This document shows, piece after piece, positions 29,627 to 38,976 of a stretch of 45,934 nt of DNA. The notes below the pieces were generated by a model. That model did not search any database. It was not told where the DNA came from and saw only the letters and a list, made by a program, of their open reading frames with translations. Made by a program: the position numbers and the translations under genes. Positions within the stretch are counted from its first letter, which is position 1; each line of letters begins with the position of its first letter. The DNA lies in contig URLU01000001.1 of NCBI GenBank assembly GCA_900548765.1, positions 1 through 45,934 of the forward strand, read 5' to 3'. Origin of the DNA: an uncultured Lachnobacterium sp. GTDB lineage: Bacteria; Bacillota; Clostridia; Lachnospirales; Lachnospiraceae.

Positions 29627-31066
29627 TTGTATACAAGGACGAACAGAGGGTGGCTTAAACATCTTGATTTTGAGATTATAGACATCCTTGCATTGGAAAT
29701 TGCATATTGGCTTACTTATTTTATCCGTCATAAGGGAATAGTTGAGGATATGTACCTTGAGATGTACATCCGGGTAAGTATCGTCATTGTTGTAATTGAT
29801 ATAGCAACGCTATTCTTTTCAGATAATTACAAGGGAATTATCCAAAGACTGTGGCAGAAAGAATTGATTGCTGTTATACAGCATGTTTCAACAGTAAACG
29901 TTGTAGTTCTTTTTTATCTGTATTTAATGCAGGAATCAGGATTGATGTCCCGTACAGTGTTTATCCTCTTATGGCCGATAGGGATTTTTCTGTCCTTCGG
30001 TGCAAGGCTTGCGTGGAAACGGGTTATCAGAAAGCGTATCAAGAAGGATAAAAATCAGATAAAGCTTTTACTTTTGTCCACAGAGCAGCATGCAGTAAAT
30101 GCAATAAAAGAGATAAACAATAAGGCTTATCGTGAATACAAAATCTGTGGTATTGCTGTACCGGATAATGATTCAGATGATGTAATCGAGGCGAATATAC
30201 CTATCCTATATGGCAAGAAAAATGTCATAGAGTACATCAAGAGGGACGTGGTTGATGCTGTTTATATCGATATCTTTAAGGACAAGGATGATCTGCAGGA
30301 GTGGATTGATATATTCCTTATGATGGGAATTACGGTTCATATCGGAATGGGATTTTTACCGGATAACCTGCCGAATCGGTTTATAGGAACTCTTGGAAGC
30401 GCAAATGTTGTAACTACAACAATTAATTTTACAAGCTCATGGAAGATGAGTGTGAAAAGAGCTGTGGATGTGGTTGGAGCTCTTGTAGGACTTATAATTA
30501 CAGGAATTGCATATATATTTGTAGCGCCTGCTATAAAGCATGCCTCGCCGGGACCGGTATTTTTCGCTCAGGAGCGAGTTGGAAGAAATGGACGTATATT
30601 TAAAATGTACAAGTTCAGATCCATGTATGTGGGGGCGGAAAAGCACCAGAAGGAGCTGCAGGGTGAGAATGAGATGCGGGGACTTATGTTTAAGATGGAG
30701 GATGACCCTAGAATAATCGGTTCAGAAAAGGGACCGGGCAAGGGTCTGGGAAATTTCATCAGAAAGACAAGCATAGACGAGCTGCCACAGTTCTGGAATG
30801 TGTTGAAGGGTGATATGAGCCTTGTAGGTACCAGACCACCGACAAAGGAAGAATTTGAGAACTATGATATAAGCCACAAGGTAAGACTCAGCATGAAGCC
30901 GGGAATTACAGGCTTGTGGCAGGTTAGTGGGCGAAACAAAATCACTGATTTTGAACAGGTTGTAAAATACGACACTGAATATATAGAGAACTGGGGATTT
31001 TATCTGGATTTCTATATCTTATGCAAGACAATAAAGGTTGTATTTACAAAGGATGGCTCAAAATAA
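29627..31066 (+). CDS. Polyprenyl-phosphate glycosylphosphotransferase (CpsE/WchA-like initiating transferase)
   Basis: 4 TM plus C-terminal KFRSM...DPRI...RKTSIDELPQFWNVLKGDMSLVGTRP...KPGITGLWQVSGR. Confidence 0.92.
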   Translation: MYTRTNRGWLKHLDFEIIDILALEIAYWLTYFIRHKGIVEDMYLEMYIRVSIVIVVIDIATLFFSDNYKGIIQRLWQKELIAVIQHVSTVNVVVLFYLYLMQESGLMSRTVFILLWPIGIFLSFGARLAWKRVIRKRIKKDKNQIKLLLLSTEQHAVNAIKEINNKAYREYKICGIAVPDNDSDDVIEANIPILYGKKNVIEYIKRDVVDAVYIDIFKDKDDLQEWIDIFLMMGITVHIGMGFLPDNLPNRFIGTLGSANVVTTTINFTSSWKMSVKRAVDVVGALVGLIITGIAYIFVAPAIKHASPGPVFFAQERVGRNGRIFKMYKFRSMYVGAEKHQKELQGENEMRGLMFKMEDDPRIIGSEKGPGKGLGNFIRKTSIDELPQFWNVLKGDMSLVGTRPPTKEEFENYDISHKVRLSMKPGITGLWQVSGRNKITDFEQVVKYDTEYIENWGFYLDFYILCKTIKVVFTKDGSK

Positions 31067-31088
31067 ATAAGCGCAAAAAGGGAAATAG

Positions 31089-32249
31089 ATGAAGAAAAAT
31101 GTATTTATAATAGGCAGTAAGGGAATACCTGCAAACTACGGAGGCTTTGAAACCTTCGTAGAGCAGCTCACTGCCAGACAAGAGAATAAGGAGATTGCCT
31201 ATCATGTAGCCTGTCTCGACAAGGAGAGAAGCTATGATGATGAGCACAACAAAGCACACTGCTTTCATATCAGAATACCAGCATGGCTCAAATCAGCCAA
31301 GGCTGTAGTATACGACATGAAAGCATTTTCTTATGCAGACAAAATGATAAAAAAGGAAGGCTATGAGCAGCCTATAGTCTATGTTCTGGCATGTCGTATG
31401 GGACCTTTTGTGGGGCATTATGTCAGAAAGCTACATAGGCTGGGCGGAACCTATATGCTGAACCCGGATGGTCATGAGTGGAAACGAGCTAAGTGGAATG
31501 CTGCCATCAAGAAATACTGGAAGATATCAGAACAGGGAATGGTGAAGCACGCAGACCTTGTAATCTGCGATTCTGTGAGCATAGAAAAGTATATAAAGGA
31601 AGATTATAAAAAATACAATCCAAAAACCACATTTATTGCCTATGGGGCAAGCTTTGATGAACCAGGGCTGAAAGCTGAGGAAAAGTACGCAGCCTGGTGT
31701 ACTGCAAATGGAGTGAAGCCGGGAGAGTATTATCTGTCAGTGGGCAGGCTTGTGCCTGAAAACAATTTTTATACCATGATAAGAGAGTTCATGAAATCAG
31801 ATACGGCAAAGGACTTCGTGCTGGTGGCAGATAACGAAGGCAATAAGTTTTATGACAGCCTTAAGGAGACTACCGGTTTTGAAAAGGATTCCCGCATAAA
31901 ATTTGTGGGAACAGTCTATGATACTGACTTAATAGGAATGATTAGGCGAAATGCCTATGGATATTTCCATGGACATTCTGTGGGGGGAACCAATCCATCA
32001 CTTCTGGAGGCTTTGGCAACGACACAGCTTAACCTCCTTTATGATGTGGGCTTTAACCGGGAAGTCGGAGAGGATGGGGCTGTTTACTGGAATCTTGAGG
32101 AGGGGAACCTTAAGAGCCTGATAGAGAGTGCGGATAAGTATGATTCTTCTTATATAGAGGCATTGTCAGAGAAGGCCAAGAACAGGATTAGGACGGCTTA
32201 TGAGTGGTCTTATATCGTTGAGCGGTATGAGGAGACCTTCTTGAAATGA
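31089..32249 (+). CDS. GT4 rhamnosyltransferase, RgpA/WchF (Cps2T)-like
   Basis: VFIIGSKGIPANYGGFETF, NPDGHEWKRAKW, HGHSVGGTNPSLLEA. Confidence 0.88.
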   Translation: MKKNVFIIGSKGIPANYGGFETFVEQLTARQENKEIAYHVACLDKERSYDDEHNKAHCFHIRIPAWLKSAKAVVYDMKAFSYADKMIKKEGYEQPIVYVLACRMGPFVGHYVRKLHRLGGTYMLNPDGHEWKRAKWNAAIKKYWKISEQGMVKHADLVICDSVSIEKYIKEDYKKYNPKTTFIAYGASFDEPGLKAEEKYAAWCTANGVKPGEYYLSVGRLVPENNFYTMIREFMKSDTAKDFVLVADNEGNKFYDSLKETTGFEKDSRIKFVGTVYDTDLIGMIRRNAYGYFHGHSVGGTNPSLLEALATTQLNLLYDVGFNREVGEDGAVYWNLEEGNLKSLIESADKYDSSYIEALSEKAKNRIRTAYEWSYIVERYEETFLK

Positions 32250-32312
32250 TGTGAGTGTCCAAAGTGAATTTTGCTGCTCACACGGAAAATGAATAAAAAT
32301 GGCAGGTAAATA

Positions 32313-33080
32313 ATGATTTCAGTAGCTTTAATATCATATAACGGAGAAAAATATATAAGACACCAGCTTGAGAGCATATTATGTCAGCTGCCACAGGATG
32401 GGGAAGTGGTGGTGTCGGATGACGGCTCTACAGATGCAACCAGACAGATTGTAGATGAGATGGCGCAGACAGACAATCGTCTAAGGCTTGTGGATGGTCC
32501 ATGCAAAGGTGTTATTAAAAATATGGAAAATGCTATAGCCCACACAAAAGTCTATGACATCTGGGGAAAAATATCCGGCGATTATAAAAAGAAAACAAAA
32601 TCTGAGAGGAAGCTATGCAGAGACTATCTATTCATGGCAGATCAGGATGATGAGTGGATGCCGGATAAAATAGAAAAGGTAGTGAAAGCTTTTGAGGACA
32701 AAAATGTAGACCTTGTCATGCATGATGTCAGAGTGATGAATGGCGACCTGACAGAGGAGCTTATGCCAAGCTTTTTTGAATACAGGGGCTCGTGTGTGGG
32801 CTTCTGGAAAAATCTCATAAAAAACAGATATATGGGCTGTGCCATGGCAGTGAGAGCAGACCGATTAGCGGATTCCATACCGATTCCAGACAGCGTGCCA
32901 ATGCATGACCAGTGGATAGGCATGCGGAATGACCTGCATGGGAATGGCGGTTACTGCCTGCCGGAGCAGCTGCTTTTGTATAGGAGACATGGGGGGAATG
33001 TCTCTGATTTTGACAAAAATAGTCTGTGGGTAATGATAAAAAACAGAGTCAATCTGCTGATTAAGCTTTTGACAGAATAA
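32313..33080 (+). CDS. GT2 glycosyltransferase, RgpB-like
   Basis: SYNGEKYI..QLESIL, SDDGSTD, ADQDDEW, MHDQWI, YRRHGGN. Confidence 0.85.
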   Translation: MISVALISYNGEKYIRHQLESILCQLPQDGEVVVSDDGSTDATRQIVDEMAQTDNRLRLVDGPCKGVIKNMENAIAHTKVYDIWGKISGDYKKKTKSERKLCRDYLFMADQDDEWMPDKIEKVVKAFEDKNVDLVMHDVRVMNGDLTEELMPSFFEYRGSCVGFWKNLIKNRYMGCAMAVRADRLADSIPIPDSVPMHDQWIGMRNDLHGNGGYCLPEQLLLYRRHGGNVSDFDKNSLWVMIKNRVNLLIKLLTE

Positions 33081-33182
33081 AAATCTGGTATACAAATGAG
33101 ATACCAGCTTGCATAAAATGTCGAATTGTGATTAAATTGACAGAGGATTATTTTATGAAGAAATGTTTAAATGGAGGAGAAT

Positions 33183-34814
33183 ATGTTTTGTAAGAATTGT
33201 GGCTCAGAGGTTAATCCTGAGCATAGATTTTGCATGAGCTGTGGAGCAAAGCTTGAGCCTGTTATGCAGGTAAATATGGGCTGTCCACAGCAGAATTCAT
33301 CAGCAAATCAGAATACAGCAGTAAATCAGGCTGCATCAGCAAATCAGAATACAGCAGTAAATCAGGCTGCATCAGTGAATCAGAATACAGCAGTAAATCA
33401 GGCTGCACCAGCGAATCAGAATTCATCAGCAAATCAGGCTGCACCAGCGAATCAGAATTCATCAGTAAATCAGGCTGCACCAGCATACCGGAATGCACAG
33501 GAGGCTGAGCCGGTACCGGCAGGCTCAGACAGTACAGGTGTTGAGGCTGGCGAATCAAAAAAGAAATCTCAGAAGAAATCCAAAAAACCAATTATAATTG
33601 CGGGAATAATTGCAATTGTTGCTGTAATTGCTGCAACAGCAGGGGTGCTTATCTGGCACAACATGTCATCCAATGATGAGGAAAATGATGACCCGGTAAT
33701 AGAAGAGGATGAGACAGAAACAGAAGAGCTTGTGTTTGGTACAGAGGACACAGAAAGCGATACAGCTGCTGAGGATGAAATCCACAACCTGCTTGTAGAA
33801 CAGTTAAACAGCCTTATGGACTCAATGGTTTATATTGCAGGCACTACACAGGATATATCGTCAGGAATGGGATATCCTTGGATGTTAAATAACGGATATA
33901 TGGGAGCAATTATAAAGGACATAAGTGGTGATGGAGTTGAGGATCTGATTGTAGTCTATTCAGAAGATTCCGGAATATATGCAGACATTTATACAGTTGA
34001 GGATTCAGATATTGTAACAGAGCAGGAGAAATTACAGCTTCTGTCAATAGATGAATGGGATTATAACAAGGCAGCAGTATACTTAAAGAATACCAAGACG
34101 GGATATAATCTTGTGGCCGAGTCTTACACAGTAGTCAGCCATTATGCAGATGGAGTAGAGGTTAATATTAATGCATACTCATGTGCAAAGCATAAGTACA
34201 TAAGCATAACAGACTACTCCGCAGCAGGAAGCGATATTGAGCAGGACACAATCAATAGTGCTATTGCCAATGCTACAAAGGCAGGACTTGTGAATATCAC
34301 AACAGCATTTGACAATATGTTTCTGGCACAGGATTCGGATGTGGAGCTGATTGCTGGTCTGACAGCCCGGATAGATGGTGACTTTGACTATGATGCTTTC
34401 ATAAATCTGGATAATTATGTTTATGAGCAGGCAGAAATCGCCAATCTTACAGAATCAGGCATTATACAGCCGGATGCACAGTCAGCCTTTCTTGAAAAAA
34501 TATCAGGAAGCAGCGAAGACGCTTTTACAGGAGACTATGTATTTCCTATGAGTGATCAGGTGCTCCTCACAGAGGAAGATGTAGCACCAATCCTTGATGA
34601 CCAGGAAAAGCTTTCAATTGCGCGAAATGAGATTTATGCAAGACACGGAAGAATGTTTGACACAGAGTGGTTACAGGAATACTTTAATTCCAAGCCATGG
34701 TATGAGGGAATATACAATGCAGCTGATTTTGACCAGAATGTAACACTTTCTGACATTGAGACACAGAATGCTGCATATCTGTTAGACCTATATAATGAGA
34801 GATATGGTAACTAA
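33183..34814 (+). CDS. Zinc ribbon / repeat linker / TM / acidic ectodomain protein with C-terminal YARHG domain
   Basis: MFCKNCG...FCMSCG; TM IIIAGIIAIVAVIAATAGVLIW; ARNEIYARHGRMF...YF...WY; start 33183 after GGAGGAG. Confidence 0.85.
   Translation: MFCKNCGSEVNPEHRFCMSCGAKLEPVMQVNMGCPQQNSSANQNTAVNQAASANQNTAVNQAASVNQNTAVNQAAPANQNSSANQAAPANQNSSVNQAAPAYRNAQEAEPVPAGSDSTGVEAGESKKKSQKKSKKPIIIAGIIAIVAVIAATAGVLIWHNMSSNDEENDDPVIEEDETETEELVFGTEDTESDTAAEDEIHNLLVEQLNSLMDSMVYIAGTTQDISSGMGYPWMLNNGYMGAIIKDISGDGVEDLIVVYSEDSGIYADIYTVEDSDIVTEQEKLQLLSIDEWDYNKAAVYLKNTKTGYNLVAESYTVVSHYADGVEVNINAYSCAKHKYISITDYSAAGSDIEQDTINSAIANATKAGLVNITTAFDNMFLAQDSDVELIAGLTARIDGDFDYDAFINLDNYVYEQAEIANLTESGIIQPDAQSAFLEKISGSSEDAFTGDYVFPMSDQVLLTEEDVAPILDDQEKLSIARNEIYARHGRMFDTEWLQEYFNSKPWYEGIYNAADFDQNVTLSDIETQNAAYLLDLYNERYGN
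33306..33485 (+). repeat. 10 x 18-bp (36-bp super-period) in-frame repeat NQNTAV/NQAAPA
   Basis: Seen directly in DNA and translation. Confidence 0.9.
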
Positions 34815-34816
34815 GA

Positions 34817-35485
34817 ATGATAGAGGTCAGTAATATATCTAAAAGTTATGGTAAAAAGCAGGTGCTTAAAAATGTATCGCTTGATGCCAGAGCTGGAGAG
34901 AGAATCGTAATAGTTGGCAGAAACGGATGTGGAAAAACAACACTGCTTAAGATTCTCGCCGGCGCAATGGCTCCGGATGGGGGAAGCCTCAATTATTTTG
35001 GGGAGGAGCCGCTTAAAGACAAGACTGTTTTTAGGAGAAGCTGTGGCTATGTACCGCAGGAGAATCCACTTATGGATGAACTGTCAGTTTTAGACAATAT
35101 GCGGCTATGGGGATATGACAGGAGAAATCCTGACCGGGCACTTTTGGAGCAGTTTGAATTGGAGAAGCTCTTAAAGACTAAGGTGTCCAAACTGTCGGGA
35201 GGAATGAAAAGAAGAGTGAGTCTGGCATGTGGAGTGATTTCGCATCCAGGATTTCTGATAATGGATGAACCGACAGCGGCACTTGACATATGTTATAGAG
35301 ATGAGCTGCTGCAATGGCTGAAAAAGTATCAGGGCAATAGTGGTATAGTACTCATGACCACTCATGAGGAGGCTGAAATCATGGAAGCAGACAAATGCTA
35401 TGTCATGAGGGCTGGCACACTCTTCAAAATAGATGATGGCCAGAGAAATATGAAAACAATATTAGATTACACAAAGGAGAGTTAG
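34817..35485 (+). CDS. ABC transporter ATP-binding protein (ABC-2/export type)
   Basis: GRNGCGKTT, GYVPQE, LSGGMKRR, MDEPT, TTH. Confidence 0.92.
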   Translation: MIEVSNISKSYGKKQVLKNVSLDARAGERIVIVGRNGCGKTTLLKILAGAMAPDGGSLNYFGEEPLKDKTVFRRSCGYVPQENPLMDELSVLDNMRLWGYDRRNPDRALLEQFELEKLLKTKVSKLSGGMKRRVSLACGVISHPGFLIMDEPTAALDICYRDELLQWLKKYQGNSGIVLMTTHEEAEIMEADKCYVMRAGTLFKIDDGQRNMKTILDYTKES

Positions 35486-35487
35486 TT

Positions 35488-37053
35488 ATGGAAATGAGAT
35501 TTGATCCAATGACTGGGGAGCCAATCAACCCACAGCCACAGGAGAATGCAGCACAGGAGACTGGCGCAAATACCCAGGAGCAGACAGCAGATGCGGCACA
35601 GGGTGTAAACACAGGCACACAGGACGTAAGTGCAGGCACACAGGGCGTAAATCCAGATGCACAGCAAATGAACCAGCAGATGGATGGCTCAGGTGCACAG
35701 CAGGGAAATTCACAAGGGGAAACATACAGCGCAGGCAATGGGCAGCCACCATATATGCCTCAGACTCCGGCAGATGCGCCAAAGAACAAAAATTGGATTA
35801 AGGGCATAGCAATCGCAGGCGGAGCAGCAGTTGTAGTCATTGTTGCAGCAGTTGCAGTAAAGAATGCCATGATAGGCAAGGGTGGAAAAGTCCTTCTCGC
35901 AACAGCAAACACATTCAAGGACACACCAACGATTGTTAAAGAGTCAAATCTTGACTCAGCAGCAGAGCTTATCGCAAAAGGAAAATACACCGTGAATGCA
36001 TCCTTTGATGTATCAGGCGATGGCTTTGAGGGTAAATTTGTTTCCACATCAAAGGAAAAGCAGTTATCAGGAAAGCTTGATATCGAAGGCATATCAGCAG
36101 ATGGTGTGGTAGGAATTTCAGATACAGAGCTCAAGGCTTATGTACCGCTTATAAGTGATGATACATTTGTATACAATTTTAAGGATGACAATCAGGAAGG
36201 TTATCTGGTTGATATGATTGAGGATTCAGGCATTGATATCGAGGATGTAAACAATGCACTCCGTCAGGTCACAAGTATTGAGGAAAAGGCAACAGATAAG
36301 TCTGCTAAGCAGCTTGGCAAAGACCTCTTAAAGGAGTTCAATTCCTGGGATTGGAAAAAGGCAGAGAAAAAGAGCTGCAAGGTCGATGGAAAGACCCGTA
36401 AGGTAAAGGGCTACAAGGTAGAGATTACAGGTGATGAAGTAGAGTCTATGGTTGGAATACTTGAGGATTACTACAAGGACCAGCTTGACGATATGGATTA
36501 CCTCAAGGACTTTAATATGGATGTAGATGATATTGATGGTATGTTTGACGATATCTACGATTTATGTGGATATATGGATGATGTGGATGTGGAATTTTAC
36601 ATCTACAAGAACAAGCTTGCAGCAGTATATGTAGATGACGGCAGCAACACAGGAGAAATTCTTTTTGAGGGTGGAGACTACCGCTTACAGAATGTAGAGT
36701 GCAATTTTGAGAATGACTATGATGATATGAGCTTTGAAATTGATGGAAGCTCTAAGGGAAGTGTGGAAAATCTTGAATTTATATTAGACGGATACACAGC
36801 ACTTGAGGTTGAGTATGACTCAAAGAACGGCGATTTTACAGTAGAAAATGATTACTTTGACATGGATGGTACATTAAAGAAAAATGGTAAGGGCTTTGAT
36901 TTCTCAGTAGATTATGACGAGTTAAATCTGGCACTTTCATTGACAGCAGATACTAAGCTTGAAAAATATGAGGGTGACGAGATTGATGTCACAGAGCTTG
37001 ATTATGATGATATAAGCGATTTAGCCATGGATTTCTATAATAATGTATACTAA
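35488..37053 (+). CDS. Single-pass membrane protein with Q-rich N-terminus and acidic ectodomain
   Basis: MRFDPMTGEPI, Q/A/G linker, TM IAIAGGAAVVVIVAAVAV, D/E-rich C-terminal region; AAGGAG RBS. Confidence 0.8.
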   Translation: MEMRFDPMTGEPINPQPQENAAQETGANTQEQTADAAQGVNTGTQDVSAGTQGVNPDAQQMNQQMDGSGAQQGNSQGETYSAGNGQPPYMPQTPADAPKNKNWIKGIAIAGGAAVVVIVAAVAVKNAMIGKGGKVLLATANTFKDTPTIVKESNLDSAAELIAKGKYTVNASFDVSGDGFEGKFVSTSKEKQLSGKLDIEGISADGVVGISDTELKAYVPLISDDTFVYNFKDDNQEGYLVDMIEDSGIDIEDVNNALRQVTSIEEKATDKSAKQLGKDLLKEFNSWDWKKAEKKSCKVDGKTRKVKGYKVEITGDEVESMVGILEDYYKDQLDDMDYLKDFNMDVDDIDGMFDDIYDLCGYMDDVDVEFYIYKNKLAAVYVDDGSNTGEILFEGGDYRLQNVECNFENDYDDMSFEIDGSSKGSVENLEFILDGYTALEVEYDSKNGDFTVENDYFDMDGTLKKNGKGFDFSVDYDELNLALSLTADTKLEKYEGDEIDVTELDYDDISDLAMDFYNNVY

Positions 37054-38197
37054 AACGCCAAATGTTACAGCTTCATTTTTTAGGCTGCAGAATAAAAGAT
37101 GCCTCAAGCTCCTGGGCAAGATAATAGTCATTACATGTCTTGTAATAGCCCTGCTGATTGGAGCAGTTCTGATAGTTGGCAAAATCCTCATGGACAGCTC
37201 GGTTATCGAAAAGGTACAGGTGGCTGTGGTCATACCAGAGGAGGGATCCACCGTCAAGCTTGCAGCAAAGTACGCAGCAACCATTGACAGTGTAGATTCC
37301 ATATGTGATTTCAATTATTACAAAAATGAGGATAAGGCAATGGAAGACCTGAAGGAAGGGAAGATGCAGGTATGCGTCTTCTTTTCCGATGACTTTTATG
37401 ATCAGGTCAACAGCCAGTACGGACTAATCCAGAAGGTATATGTCAGCAGCAAGGACAGTCTGTCCTTTGCCCTGTTTAAAAATGTGCTGGAGGATGGAGT
37501 CGCACTCCTGCAGACCTCTGCGGCAGGCATATATTCAGCCTGTGACACTGCAAAGGAATATGATGCACCAATTTCCACAAAAAAAATAGATTCCCTGCTT
37601 ATGGATATATACATAGATAAGCTTTTTGGCAGGGGTGACATTTTTGACACTGAGATGGTGTCACCAATAGGGGAATTAAGTGTGGAAAGATATATATTTT
37701 TCTGCATATTTGTGATTGCAATGCTGCTGCCGGGAATGTACTTTGGAGGACTATACAAGCCACAGTCCGAGAGCGTAGAGCAAAAGCTTAGAATATATGG
37801 CCTTACATCGCATAGGATGTTTGTAATCAAAACAATAATTTTTGCGGAGCTGATCTGGATTGTCTCAGTATTGACCTATATATTGGGCAGTATCATTACA
37901 GAGGTTTTTTATCTAAATCTAGTCTATTGGGATACAGTTGTACTCTTAAAATTGATTCCGGTAAGCCTGGTGCTTGGACTGATATACAATTTTATTTATT
38001 CCACATGCAAAAATATCCGGATGGCGGTAGTTGTGGTTTTACTGTTTATCATATGGATAGTAATCGGAACCGGTATTGTTGTGCCGATTGATTATCTGCC
38101 GGCAGGCCTGCAGAAAATCCAGGGATTTTTGCACACGACAAATATAAATAGAATGCTATTGGAGATTATATATGGAAATGTTTCTAACCTGGTTTAG
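37043..38197 (+). CDS. ABC-2 type permease
   Basis: TM1, large extracytoplasmic domain, several C-terminal TMs, G..VP.DYLP..LQ.I motif; adjacent to ABC ATPase. Confidence 0.75.
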   Translation: MYTKTPNVTASFFRLQNKRCLKLLGKIIVITCLVIALLIGAVLIVGKILMDSSVIEKVQVAVVIPEEGSTVKLAAKYAATIDSVDSICDFNYYKNEDKAMEDLKEGKMQVCVFFSDDFYDQVNSQYGLIQKVYVSSKDSLSFALFKNVLEDGVALLQTSAAGIYSACDTAKEYDAPISTKKIDSLLMDIYIDKLFGRGDIFDTEMVSPIGELSVERYIFFCIFVIAMLLPGMYFGGLYKPQSESVEQKLRIYGLTSHRMFVIKTIIFAELIWIVSVLTYILGSIITEVFYLNLVYWDTVVLLKLIPVSLVLGLIYNFIYSTCKNIRMAVVVVLLFIIWIVIGTGIVVPIDYLPAGLQKIQGFLHTTNINRMLLEIIYGNVSNLV

Positions 38198-38948
38198 GAT
38201 TTTTCTGGTTAAAGAGCTTAAGCAGCCGATTTTCTATCTGGAGCTTTTGGTTATGCTGATTGCCATAAGTATCGTAAATGGCGTGACGGTACCGTCTGAG
38301 GATGAACTTCAGGTGGGGATTATGTATACAAATGAGCTGGGGGCAGAAATATATGACAGCGTAAGTTCGGATGAAAAATCAGTAGAGCTTGTAAGCTATA
38401 ATGATGAAGATGACATGAAAACCTCAGTTAAAACAGGGAAAATCGACTGTGGATTTGTGATACCGGAAGCTTTTGATGGTGATGAAAAGATAAAATATTA
38501 CTTATCTCCATTTACAAGAGCTGGTGAGATTGAGAAGGAAGCTATATTTGCTGCAGCATATCAGATTATCAGCGAAAACATACTGCTTGAGGCAGACAGA
38601 GAGATTTATGGAGATGACAATAAGGAAAGACAGGAATACCTATTAGATAAAAACTATGAACTGCTGACAGAGCAGGAGGTTTTGACTATCGACTGGGAGA
38701 CAGTAGGGGATAGTACATCTGACAGTCCACAAAGGATAAAATCATATTTTACCCAGATAACTGCAATAGTATTTGCAGCAATGATAATCATTGTGGGTGG
38801 GATATGTTTTAGAGATAAAACATGCACGGGGAGTATATTATACTCGGTTTCAAAAAAACAGAAACTGTTAATGTGCCTTGCAAATGATATCGCGACAGGA
38901 GTTATACCCATTGTGATAGTTGCATTAAGCTTTGTTTTATCGAAATAA
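38172..38948 (+). CDS. ABC-2 type permease, short
   Basis: TM1, ectodomain with V..GKIDCGFVIP..F motif, then only about two TMs. Confidence 0.65.
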   Translation: MEMFLTWFRIFLVKELKQPIFYLELLVMLIAISIVNGVTVPSEDELQVGIMYTNELGAEIYDSVSSDEKSVELVSYNDEDDMKTSVKTGKIDCGFVIPEAFDGDEKIKYYLSPFTRAGEIEKEAIFAAAYQIISENILLEADREIYGDDNKERQEYLLDKNYELLTEQEVLTIDWETVGDSTSDSPQRIKSYFTQITAIVFAAMIIIVGGICFRDKTCTGSILYSVSKKQKLLMCLANDIATGVIPIVIVALSFVLSK

Positions 38949-38976
38949 ATTATAAGGTGAAAGGAAGGAAAAGTTT

